Below are positions 37,881 to 49,555 of a stretch of DNA of 64,000 bases, one piece after another. The translations under genes were made by a program, and so were the position numbers. The DNA lies in the NCBI RefSeq assembly GCF_004010195.1, contig NC_057719.1, positions 25,056,750 through 25,120,749 on the forward strand. The letters are read 5' to 3'. The notes below the pieces were generated by a model. It was not told where the DNA came from and searched no databases. It saw only the letters and a program-made list of their open reading frames with translations. Within the stretch, counting starts at the first letter, position 1; the number at the start of each line of letters is the position of its first letter. The DNA is from Chiloscyllium plagiosum (taxonomy: Eukaryota).

Positions 37881-38354
37881 TTTACTATGTGATTTCACTC
37901 ATTTACCACCATTGGCATTCCTTCTGCTTTTGCCTCAGGGTACTATCACTATTTCTTCCACATATTCCTCTTCCCTCTTGGCCAATAACATACATAGCAT
38001 CATTTTCTAGCTGCCATCAACTTCGAAGAAGAGTTATGGGAGGGGACACTTGAAATGTTGACTTTGTTTCCATGCCACCAGACCTGCTGAGTTTCTCCAC
38101 GATTTTCTGTTCCTAATTCAGATCTCCAGCATCTACTAATTTTTCTTTTATCTGAGGATCTTGAAGCCCTATGTGAACACAATCTTTTGAAATCAATTCT
38201 TGGCAAGGAGTCACTCAAAATTAATGAGATGCAAAAGACAAATGAAAATCAATGACCCACTCAGGAGAAAATAAACATACTAACTGAATACAATTCTAAA
38301 TCTGATGGATACACGCTGCATGAAACGCCTATCCCATAACAAAGGTAATGGACA

Positions 38355-38502
38355 TGATGTGGCGATGCTGGAGTTGGACAGGGGTGGACAAGGTCAAACA
38401 TTAAACTACACAAGGTTATAATCCAACAGGTTTATTTGAAACTGCAAGATTTTGGAGCTCCGCTCCTTCAAATTCAAATAAACCTGTTGGACTATAACCT
38501 GA
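38355..38502. mobile_element. Fold-back PLE-derived mini-element (family of 54319-54761)
   Basis: Inverted arms aggttataatccaacaggtttatttgaa / ttcaaataaacctgttggactataacct. Confidence 0.7.
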
Positions 38503-38759
38503 AGTAATCGAGTCATAGAAACGTACAACGCGGAAATACACCCTTCGGTTCAATTCGTCCATGCCGACCAGATATCCTAAATTAATCTAGTCCCAAGTAT
38601 GTGGTGAATTTAGATTGCACAACCTAAAGCAGGCATATTTGACGTGCAATTTAACAGACGATATTTTCAAAACCAGCACTGCAGAAATGTGTATTTTTAA
38701 AAAGAAAAACTGCAGTAGAATAGGTTAATCGTGGCTTTGAAGTGTTTTCCTGTTTGGGG

Positions 38760-39700
38760 AAGGGCAGGACAGCTTTAAGGGGCAGCGTTGAGGGGGAGTG
38801 GGAGAAGGATGACCATGTTGGCAGGCGGCTCGGGAGCGTCCCCTGTTGTCCCGATGCGCTGCTGCCTCTATTTATTTAGAATGCGAGCCGGGGTCTGAGG
38901 GATTTCAATGAGCCGAGAGACTAGGCTTTGGAGGAGGGGAAATCGGGCTGCAGGCGGCTGCCGGCTGTCGGTCTCTGTTCTGCCTTGTTCCTTCCCCCGT
39001 CACTGTGTGTGTATGCGGCCAGTTTGTGCTGAAAATCCGGGGCTGGGCTTGGAAGCCGCACTCTGTGTATTTGAGAGACTATTATTGATTGAGGGAGACC
39101 TCGGAGCAGCGGCGTCTGATCAGAAAGCCCAGGCGCGAACACCAGGGCAGAGGGATTTGTGATGAACCGGGCACTCACCATTGATAGAGGTCTCTTTGCA
39201 GTTCCCCCCACCCCCGTGTGTTTTGTTTTTTTTTTCCTCTCCTCTCTGTCAAATTATTTTTCTTCTCCTGTTGTAGTCTCTCCTGTATTGGGTTCCTGTG
39301 CATGAAAAAAAAATGTAAATGCAAAATATTGTATGTATGCAACGCTGCCACTTTGGTGTAAAAGGTACACCATTGATTTTTTTCAGGTTTGTTAACCTAC
39401 GGGAGGCACACGGTGTAGATTTCACTTCCGCACTTGTTCCATTTTCAAGATGCAGACTTGGCTGAAAGGCAAGCGGGTCGGATACTGGTTGAGCGAGAAG
39501 AAGATCAAGAAGCTGAATTTCCAGGCCTTCGCGGACCTTTGCAGGTAAAGCCGAGAACACCCCCTCCATGGTTTGAGAAATTAATCGATTGCGTCTGGAC
39601 TTGGGGAAAGGCAGCAGGAAATAACGCTGATCATGTAAGCAGCAGCCCATGTGCAGTCCGCTTCACGGCCACCAGCTTCAAGGAGGCAGAGGCAGAGGGA
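38760..39700 (+). promoter_or_regulatory. ITPK1: CpG island / ITPK1 promoter and 5' region
   Basis: CpG-rich region surrounding the first coding exon; TATA-like tatttattta near 38868. Confidence 0.75.
39450..39544 (+). CDS. ITPK1: Inositol-tetrakisphosphate 1-kinase, first coding exon (95 nt)
   Basis: MQTWLKGKRVGYWLSEKKIKKLNFQAFADLC(R) followed by the donor AG|GTAAAG; nearly identical to the human ITPK1 N-terminus. Candidate acceptor tttttttcAG at 39386. Too short to appear in the ORF track. Confidence 0.96.
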
Positions 39701-41225
39701 GAGAAAGCCAGAAATAACCAGTAATCTGCTGCTGTTGCACAGTCACCATCACTCTCACTTTAGCGGGTTAAAGGGAGGGAGGTGTTAATTTCCCCTCATT
39801 GTATAAAACAATAAGATGCTTTCTTCAAGATTTAAATCTTTCATTGGTAGAATAGTTTGTGTCATATTCAAACCCCCAAACACCAGCCTTTCTGGTCGTT
39901 TGCAAAGTATTGCAAATGCACTGTACTGAAATAGGAAGGGTGTTTTTTTTTTAATGAAAGTTTAGGATGAAGAACATGGTTCTGGATCTCGGGCTGTAGG
40001 AGTTATGGAGTTGTGAACCGTTTCCTTGGTATAGATTACAGCAGACACGACAGTCAAGTGATCTTTTCTAGACTGTGTTAAAGTTGCTACTGGCAGGGAA
40101 ATTGAGGATGCTGCAGCAGGGATCTCCATGTTGGTTCAAGTATGTACTTCAGCTGTCTTGGAGGTGAACTCTGAAGTGATTGTTTATGAAGTTAATGTTA
40201 CTGTTTTGCTGGCTACACTGTTGAAGGGATATACTGCTGGCTACACTGTTGAAGTGATCTCCCCTATTTAACCTGTTGTGGTTATCAATAGAATGCTGCC
40301 GTTTATTGCGTGGGGAAGTGAGGGCTGAAGGGACTTTAGAGGCTAAGCGCTGGCAAGAGATTTCTCTTTTTTGAAGGAGAAATTAGAGCCAGTCAATATA
40401 TTTAAAAATGAGGGATCTCCCATTTATGAGACACAACTTCACTGAGTCATTAATCCTTGGTATCCTCTTCCTCCAAAAGCAGCGAAGGCGGGGACATTGA
40501 GTATATTCAAAGCTGAGTCCAGTGTTTTTAATCAACAGGTGGGACCAGAGTTTCAGAACCTAGAAGGAAAGAGCAGTTAAGGTCCCAACAGACCTGCCTT
40601 ATTGAATAGCTGAGCAGTTTGATGGACTTAATGGCCATTAATGGCCTAATCTTGTTCCTGTTAATGATCTCCAAATGATTGAGTGGAAATATAGTGATAA
40701 TCAGAATTGTATCACCTCTCATTCTTCTAGCCTCCAATAAGTACAGGCCCAAACCGCTCAACCTTTTACCCCAAAATCATACTGAACCTTCTCTGAACTG
40801 CGACCAGTGCAAGTATGTCTCTCCTTAATTAAGGAGACCAAAACTGTACACCATACTTCGGGCATAGTCTCATCAATGCCCTATTGAGCTAGGGCAAGAC
40901 TTGCCCACTTTTATAATCAATCCCCTTAAAGGATTAAATGAATAAAGCAGTAAAGGACACCATTCTACTTGCCTTCCTAAATTCTATATTTCAACTATGA
41001 TTCATGTACAGGGACACCCTGTATTATATTATGCTACAATACTGTTTTTTGTTTACTATTCATGCTAAAGTGGATCATCACACAATTCCAACATTTTCCT
41101 CCATTTGACAAACCTTTGCTCACTTAACCTATTTACATTCCTTCACAGATATTTTGTTTCCGCCTCACTGCTTGCTTTCCTATCTATCTTTGTCTGATTA
41201 GCAACTCTGCCTATAGTTTAATTTA

Positions 41226-41453
41226 TTACTTCATCAAAGTCATTCGTATAGATACAACATTGAAGCTCCAGCACTGAGATCTGTGACATCCTGTTACTTA
41301 AAGTTTGCCGACCTGAAAATTGCCTTTCCCGCCCATCTCTCCTTTACTTCATCAAAGTCATTCGTATAGATACAACATTGAAGCTCCAGCACTGAGATCT
41401 GTTACTTAAAGTTTGCCGACCTGAAAATTGCCTTTCCCGCCCATCTCTCCTTT
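41226..41453. repeat. Tandem duplication, 118-bp unit; second copy lacks 10 bp
   Basis: ttacttcatcaaagtcattcg... at 41226 and 41344; deletion between two ctgt words in copy 2. Confidence 0.9.
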
Positions 41454-41725
41454 CTAGTTGACCATTCACGTATCCGTGCTTATGTATCACTACCATGTAC
41501 ACTTATTGTTATGCTGTAATCTTTTATATGGAATTGTATCCAATGCCTGAGATTAATCCAAATCCATCTGCTAGTTGCATCCTCACAGAATTCTTAATGA
41601 ATTTATCCAATGAAGTTTCATTTACGAAAACACCTTATTGACTCTGCCTGGTTTGCTTATGATTTCGTAAGTGTCTGGCTACCACTTCCAAATTAATGGA
41701 TTTCTTCACTTTCACCAGTGACAAC

Positions 41726-42552
41726 AGTAAGACTTCCCGTCCTCTTTCCTTTCTGATTAATTGTATTATATTGATGGCTTTTCTTTCTGTTGGGAGACTT
41801 TAAGAATCTTGGGAATTTTGGGAAATTCCAACCAATGAATTCACAATCTTGGCTGACATTTCCCTTTAAGGGTGTAGGATGGAGGCCATCGGGTTCCAAA
41901 CACATGTCAGCCTTGAGTTCCATTAGATTTCCTAGTACATTTTCTCCAGTGATTGTGAATGTTCTAACTTTCTCCCTCCCTATTAGCCACTGCTATATTA
42001 CTCTTCTTGGGACGCTTTCTGTATCTTCTGAGTTTGAATTTTGATTGTTGTCACATGAACTGTAATACAGTGAAAAGTGTTGTTATGCATGTTATACAGA
42101 CAGATCCTACACACAAAGTGGATCGGGGTCGCAGAACCGAGTAAGACTTCCCGTCCTCTTTCCTTTCTGATTAATTGTATTATATTGATGGCTTTTCTTT
42201 CTGTTGGGAGACTTTAAGAATCTTGGGAATTTTGGGAAATTCCAACCAATGAATTCACAATCTTGGCTGACATTTCCCTTTAAGGGTGTAGGATGGAGGC
42301 CATCGGGTTCCAAACACATGTCAGCCTTGAGTCCCATTAGATTTCCTAGTACATTTTCTCCAGTGATTGTGAATGTTCTAACTTTCTCCCTCCCTATTGG
42401 CACTGCTATATTACTCTTCTAGGGACACTTTCTGTATCTTCTGAGTTTGAATTTTGATTGTTGTCACATGTACTGTAATGCAGTGAAAAGTGTTGTTATG
42501 CATGCTATACAGACAGATTCTACACACAAAGTGGATCAGGGTCGCAGAACCG
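41726..42552. repeat. Tandem duplication, 414/413-bp unit
   Basis: Copies at 41726-42139 and 42140-42552; AGTA microhomology at the junctions. Confidence 0.93.
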
Positions 42553-42865
42553 AGTACAGTGTTACAGCCACTGAGAAGGTGCAGAGAGAGAGATCAAAAT
42601 TAATAAGAGATGTCCATTCAAAAGTCTAATAACTATGGGGAAGATGCTGTTCTTGAATCTGTTGTGAGTGTATAAGGAGTATAGTAGGGGTCTGAGCCCT
42701 GTCGTCTTGTAGGGCACAGGTGTCGAGCATTATGATGGAGGTTTGTTCCCTATTCTTACTGGTTACAGTCAATGGGTCAAGAAGTCCATGATCCAGTTAC
42801 AGAGAAGGGAGCTGACATCTAGGTCTCTGAGTTTAGAGTTTGTTTGGAATTATGTAGGAGTGTAA
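42443..42865 (-). mobile_element. Rex/Babar-type LINE fragment nested in CR1
   Basis: Minus strand encodes PLLYSLYTH (Rex1-like RT motif); 3' tail at about 42443-42500. Confidence 0.6.
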
Positions 42866-44884
42866 GTTTCTACCTTCTGTTGTGAAGACACATTCAAAAT
42901 ATTTGTTCAAACCTCTGCCATTCCCTTTTTTCCCATTTTTAATTCCACATTGTCACCATTTAAGGAACAAATACACACTTTATTTTTGTATTGCTTTTAC
43001 TGTCTGCTTCTTTATATTTCTTGCTAGTATTTGTTCTATTGCAATTTTTCCACCTTTTTAAATTATCCTTTTAAAGTCTCTAAACTCCTCCCAATATTCT
43101 GGGATCTACTAACCTTTCTTTCAACTTGATATCATCTTTGCATACCTTCAATGCAATGTTCTATCCTTCTGATAGCAACTTCCTTATGCAATAAGAAGAG
43201 ACGGGAAATATATCCTTAAATACTTGCTCTGCTTCTCTATTGTGCTAATCCATTTTTTTTCAATCCATTTTGGACAACTTTGTCTTGATTTCTTTACTTT
43301 ACATTTAAGACAGCAGTCATGGATCCATATTTCTCACTAGCAAACTGAGTGCAAAATTCAGCGTGTCGTGATCAGTCTTGGGTGGAAGATCCTTTAGGGT
43401 GAGGTAACTAACCAATACTTTCTTATTAGATATTACTGAGTTGACAATAACCTGTTCACTGGTTAGTTCTAAATAGAATTGTCCTCAAAATATTTCATGA
43501 ACTCATCCTGCATACTACTTGCAATATGATTCATCCAATCTGTATGAAGATTTTTAATGTCTGAATACTGCAATGCCTTTCTTGCAAGCTCCTGTTATTT
43601 CTTGATTCATACTTTATACTACAGAGTAGCTCAGGGGGACTATTCCTACCATTGACTTTGTTTTTTCTTACCTCCGCCCAAATTGATCTTGCAGCTTGAT
43701 CATCTGGGTCAAGACCATTTCTCACTAGTTGTAATGATCTCATCCATTATTAGCAGTGCCATCTCACCACCTTTTATATCTTGTCTTTTTGAAGTGTCAA
43801 ATACGCTTGAACATTTAAGTTCAAGTTGTGGTCATTTTGCAAATGTATATGGTTCTGGAATGGCAATCACATCACATTTCTTTGTATCTGTGCTATGAAT
43901 TCATCCTCTTGATTATGAATGTGGTGTGTATTCAGATGAGGACAAGCATAGGCCATTCAATTCTTTGAATCAACTTATGCTGTTTAGTGAGATTCTGGAT
44001 GTCCAGTGACCTCAATACTATTTTCCTGCACTATTCCTGAATCCCTTGTTTTTAAAGTGTGGCGATCTGTAGATTTCAGTCTTCAATAATTGAGACTTCA
44101 CAGCCCTCTTGGGCAGAATGGTGAAATGCCTTCGCATCTCAGCCTAATGGCATATCCCCTTATTCTGAAACTGTCCTTTCATTCCAGTCAGAGAAAATAT
44201 CCTTTCTGTATCTACCCTGTCAGTCCTTGTAAGAATTTTGAATGAGATCATTTTTCTAAACTCCAAAGAATATAGGCTGAGTGTATGTAATCTTTTCTCC
44301 TAAATTAATCCCTCTATTCAAGGAATTTGGTTGGTCAACATTTATTGCACTCCTTCGAGATCCTTCCTTTTGTTTGTATTTTACCTTTTTTTCTTTTCTC
44401 TGGCTTCATTTGATGGACCACTGTTACATTTGAATGCATTGTTCCTTCTGGTCATTATTGGCTACATCATTGTCTTGCCTTGTCCTTTGTCATAGATTTC
44501 CTAACCTCCTCTCACATGAACTCCTGCCATCTCCACCCCCATAAATCCCCAAGTTAGTTAGCGTAATACCTTCTAGAGCCATAGTGATGTGATTTATTAG
44601 GTCAATGGTCCTAGCAGGGTTTGGATGTAGACTTCCCATGGTGCACTCTGTCTTTCCTCATTATTTATTCACTAATGTCCTTCAGGGAGTGAAACTGCCA
44701 TGTTTTCCTGGTCTGGCCGACATGTGATTCCAGATTCACAGCAATGTGGTTGATTGCTCATCCTTAATTGCACAATGAATGCTGGTCCAGCTAGCAACAC
44801 TCACATCCCATGAATGAATAATTCTTTGGTGCTAGTGCCCTATGAGTCAAAACCCATTCCCTTGCACTGATCTCTGAGCCACTA

Positions 44885-45105
44885 CAGTTGGTTCTGCAAT
44901 AACATGTGTTTCTTCAATGCGAATTGGCTATAACGCGATTGAAGAATTTAGACTGTTATTTGTAGAACGTGAACTTTCCTTACCTGTATTGGCTACATCT
45001 TGATTTCAGTCCCATTGGTTTAAATGGTGCTGCTATTGCATGATTTTTTTAAAACGTGGGTTTGCACGGAAATTGAGCTATCGCTTAATATCAGAAAACA
45101 GACTG
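44885..45105. mobile_element. Tc1/mariner (Tigger-like) MITE
   Basis: TA|cagttggttctg...cagaaaacagactg|TA: imperfect TIRs starting with CAGT, and a TA duplication. Confidence 0.6.
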
Positions 45106-45257
45106 TATTCAGTTATCTATTGTAAGGGATTGTTACCTTTAGTGCTTCTGTTTTCTAACATAATGCCAAGCTGCTCCTGCTCCCTCAACAGAATCTCTTT
45201 CTTAGTCCCATAGTCCCACTTATCTGGAGTGCTGTTATATTATTTACTTAGTATAAT

Positions 45258-47740
45258 ACTTAGGATAACAAAGATGATTCTAGATAGAAGCGAAAGTAAC
45301 AGGGCAGTTGTTATGGGGGACTTTAACTTTCCAAATATTGACTGGGAATCTATAGTCTGAGTACTTTAGATGGGTGAATTTTTGTCCAACACGTGCGGGA
45401 GGGTTTCCAGACACAGTATGTGGACAGGCCAACAACGGGTGAGGCTACATTGGATTTGGTACTGGGTAATGAACCCTACCAGGTGGTAGATTTGGAGGGA
45501 GGTGAGCACTTCGGTGATAGTGACCACAATTCAGTTATGTTTAATTTAACAATGGAAAGAGATAGGTATATACTGCAGAACAAGAGTTATAGCTGGGGGA
45601 AAGCCAATTATGATGCAAATCGGCAAGTTTTACAATGCATAGGATGAGGAGGAAATTACAGGGATGGGCACAAATGAAATGTGGAGCTTATTCAAGGAAC
45701 AACTACTGCGTATCCTTGATCAATATGTACCTGTCAGGCAAGGAGTAACTGGTCAAGCATGGGAGCTGTGGTTTACTAAAGAAGTTGAATCTCTTGTCAA
45801 AAGGAAGAAGAAGGCTTATGTAAGGATCAGAAGTGAAGGCTACGTTAGGGTGCTTGAAAGTTACAAGTTAGCCAGGAAAGACCTAAAGTGAGAGCTAAGA
45901 AGAGCCTGGAGGGGACATGAGAAGTTGTTGGCAGATAAGATCGAGGGAAAACCCTAAAGCCTTCTACAGGTATATCAGGAATAAAAGAATGACTAGAGTA
46001 AGATTAGGGCCAATCAAGGACAGTAGTGGGAAGTCGTGCATGGAATCAGTGGTGATAGGTGAAGCACTAAATGAATATTTTTCATCAGTATTCACACTGG
46101 GAGAAAGACAATGTTGTCAAGGAGAATACTGAGATATAAGCTGCTAGACTAGCCAGGATTGAGGTTCACAAGGAAGAGGTGTTAGCAATTCTGGAAAGTG
46201 TGAAAATAGATAAATCCCCTGGGCTGGATGGGATTTATCCTAGGATTGTCCGGTAAGCCAGGGAGGAAATTGCAGAGCCTTTGGCTTTGACCTTTATGTT
46301 GTCATTGTCCACAGGAATAGTGCCAGAAGACTGGAGGATAGGAAATCTTGTCCCTTTGTTCAAGAAGGGGAGTAGAGTCAACCCTGGTAATTATAGATCT
46401 GAGCCGTACTTCAGTTGTGGGTAAAGTGCTGGAAAGAGATAGGATTTATAATCATCTAGAAAGGAATAAGTTGACTAGGGATAGTCAACACCATTTTGTG
46501 AGGGGTAGGTTGTGTCTCACAAACCTTATTGAGTTCTTTGAGAAGGTGACCCAACAGGTAGATGAGGGTAAAGCGGTTGATGTGATGTATATGGATTTCA
46601 GTCAGGAGTTTTGATAAAGATCCCTATGGTAGGCTATTGCAGAAAGTATGGAGGCATGGGATTGAGGGTGATTTAGCAGTTTGGATCAGAAGTTGGCGAG
46701 CTGAAAGAAGACAGAGGGTGGTGATTGATGGAAAATGTTCATCCTGGAGTTCAGCTATTGGTGTATACTGCAAGAATCTGTTTTGGGTCCACTGCTGTTT
46801 TTCACTTTTATGAATGACCTGAATGAGGGCATAGAAGGATGGGTTAGTAAAGTTGTGGATGACACTCCGGTCGGTGGAGTTGTGGTAGTGCTGAAAGATG
46901 TTGCAGGTTACAGAGGGACATAGGTAAGCTGCAGAGCCTGGGTTGAGAGGTGGCAAATAGAGTTTAATGTGGAAGAGTATGAGGTAATTCACTTTGTAAG
47001 GAGCAAAAGGAATGCAGATTACTGGGCTCATGGTAAGATTCTTGGTAGTGTAGATGCGCAGAGAGATCGCTGTCTACGTACATAGATCCCTCAAAGTTGC
47101 CAACCAGGTTGATAAGATTGTTAAGAAGGCATACGGTGTGTTGGCTTTTATTGGTGGAGGGATTGAGTTTTGGAATCACAAGGTCATGTTGCAGCTGTAC
47201 AAAACTCTGGTGTGGCCGCACTTGGAGTATAATGTACAATTCTGGTCACCACATAATAGGAAGAAAGTGGAAGCTTTGCAAAGGGTTCAGCGGAGATTTA
47301 CTATGATGTTGCTTGGTATAGAAGGAAGGTCTTCTGAGGAAAGGCTGAGGGACTCAAGGCTGATTTAATCAGAAAGAAGAAGGTTAAGAGGTGACTTAAT
47401 TGAGACATTTAAGATAATCACAAGATTAGATAGGGTGAACAGTGAGAGCCTTTTTCATCAGATAGTGATAGCTCACACAAGGGGGCATTGCTTTAAATTG
47501 AGGGGTGATAGATATAGAACAGATGTTGGAGGTAGTTTCTTTACTCAGAGTAGTAAGGGTGTGGAACACCCTGCCTGCAGCAGTAGTAGACTCTCCAACT
47601 TTAAGGGCATTTAAATGGTCATTGGACAGACATATGGATGAGAATGGAATAGTGTAGGTTAGATGGGCTTCAAATGGATTTCACATTCAGCACAACATCG
47701 AGGGCCAAAGGGCTTGTGCCACGCTGTTACGTTCTATCAT
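45258..47740 (+). mobile_element. CR1 LINE, 5'-truncated ORF2 (APE end plus RT), degenerate
   Basis: GDFNFPNIDW, ATLDLVLGNE, GDSDHN, DKSPGLDG, SQHHFVRGRLCLTNLIEFFE, LYKTLVWPHLEYNVQFWSP; CR1 tail. Confidence 0.92.
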
Positions 47741-48029
47741 TGCATTAAAGCATAGGAACTAGATGGGATCAGCACATGATCTCTGGAGCAGATCTGTAAT
47801 ATAATGCCTAGTCTGATGTTGAAAAGCTTTGTCCATTTATGGGGCCAGTACTCGATCCTAATTTTGCGTAAGCTCCTGAGAGTCCATGAAATCAGAAAAA
47901 AAAAGTCTCCAAGGTGCTTCGTTGGAAGCATTTTCAATCCCAGAAAGTGTTCTCATCTTTGTAATTCATTAAATTGTGTGATTCAAAGTAGAAGCTAGTT
48001 TGTCAAGTCAGAGTTTTTTTATTTAAAGA

Positions 48030-49555
48030 CTCATCGAGTCCTACAGCATGGAGGGAAGCCCTTTGGCCCAAACTGGTCCATGCCGACCAAAATGTTCATC
48101 CATGCTAACCCTGCTTCTCTGCACCTGGCCCATATCCTTCTAAGCCATTCCTATCCATGTATTTGTTCAAATGCCTTTTCAATGTTATTAATGTCCCTGC
48201 CTCAACCATGTCTACTGGCAGCTCATTCTGTATGTGTACCACCCTCTGTGTTTAAAACAAAAATTGCTCCTCAGGTTTCCTTTTTATTTTTTTCCCCATC
48301 TAACCTTAAACTGATGCCTTCTAGTCCTCAATTTTCCAACCCTGGGAAAAAGATTAAGTGCATTTATCCTCAGCATGCCTCTCATAATCTTATATACTTC
48401 AATAAGATCCCCCCTCAGTTTCCTAAATTAAAAAGAAAATGTCCTAGCTTGTCCAGACAACTCAGACCCTTGAGTCCTGGCAACATCCTTGTAAATTTCT
48501 TCTGCATTACTTCTAGTTTAATAACATCCTTCCTGAAGCAAGATGACCAAAACTGAACACAATACTCAAGTGTGGCCTCCCCAACATCCTGTACAACTGC
48601 AACATAACTTCCCAACATGTACATTCAGTGCCCAAACTGATGAAGGCCAGTGTGCCAAAAGCCTCCTTCGCTGCCCTGTCTACCTCTGACTCCAATTTCT
48701 GAGAACTATACACCTGAATTCCAAGGTCCCTCTGTTTCACTACATTCTTTAAGGTCCTACCATTCACTATGAAGCTCCTACCTTGATTTGACTTTCCAAC
48801 ATGCAAGACCTCACACTTATCTATATTAAACTCCGTTTGTCATTTCTTGGCCCACTTTCCACAATTGGTCAAAGTCCAGCAATTATTGATAATCTTTCTC
48901 ACTGTCCACGATACTTCCTATCTTAGTCTCATCTGCAAAGTTATTAATCATGCCTTGTACCTTCTTATCCAAGTCATTGGTATAGATAACAAATAGCAAT
49001 GGGCCCAGCACCGATCCTGAGGCACTCCAGTAGTCACAGGCCTCTAGTCCAACAAGCATCCTTCCACTATTGCCCTCTGCTACCTACCATCAAGCCAATT
49101 GTGTATCCAATTTGCCGCCTCTCCTTGGATTCCATGTGATCTAACCTTCATAATAGCCTACCTTGTGGAACCATCTCCAAAGGCCTTCCTGAAATCCATA
49201 TAGACTATTACTACCACCTTGCCCTCGTCAACCTTCCCGGTCATTTCATCAAAGAGCTCTAACAAATTTGTGAGGCATGATCTCCCATGCACAAAGCCAT
49301 GCTGACTATCTCTAATCAAACCCTAACATTCCAAATGCATGGATATCTTATCTCTCAGAATCTTCTCGATTAACTTACCTACCAAAAATGTTAGGCCTAC
49401 TGATCTATAGTTTCCAGGTTTTTCTTTGCAGTCCTTCTTGAATAATGGCACAACATTCGCTACCCTCCAGTCTTCCAGGACCACCTCATGGTTAATGATG
49501 ATGGAAAAATATCAAGCCAGGGTCCCCCCAATTTTTTTCCTCTAGCCTCTTGCAG
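48030..49555 (-). mobile_element. CR1 LINE, 5'-truncated RT region
   Basis: Minus ORFs HVGKSNQGR..QRDLGIQV, LEYCVQFWS, FTRMLPGL; tail at about 48030. Confidence 0.9.

Larger units (their letters stand above)
40700..43910 (-). mobile_element. Old CR1 LINE, heavily decayed, with nested insertion and tandem duplications
   Basis: Minus-strand remnants such as LMGLKADMCLEPDGLHP (DKSPGPDG-like) and SIWAEVRKNK (APE region). Confidence 0.7.

Noticed and set aside
39434..39724. 96-aa ORF over the ITPK1 exon
   Set aside because: Alternative frame with a TTG start; the real coding frame starts at ATG 39450 and splices at 39544.
40207..40254. 20-bp direct repeat tgctggctacactgttgaag
   Set aside because: Only two copies; ordinary slippage duplication, not an array.
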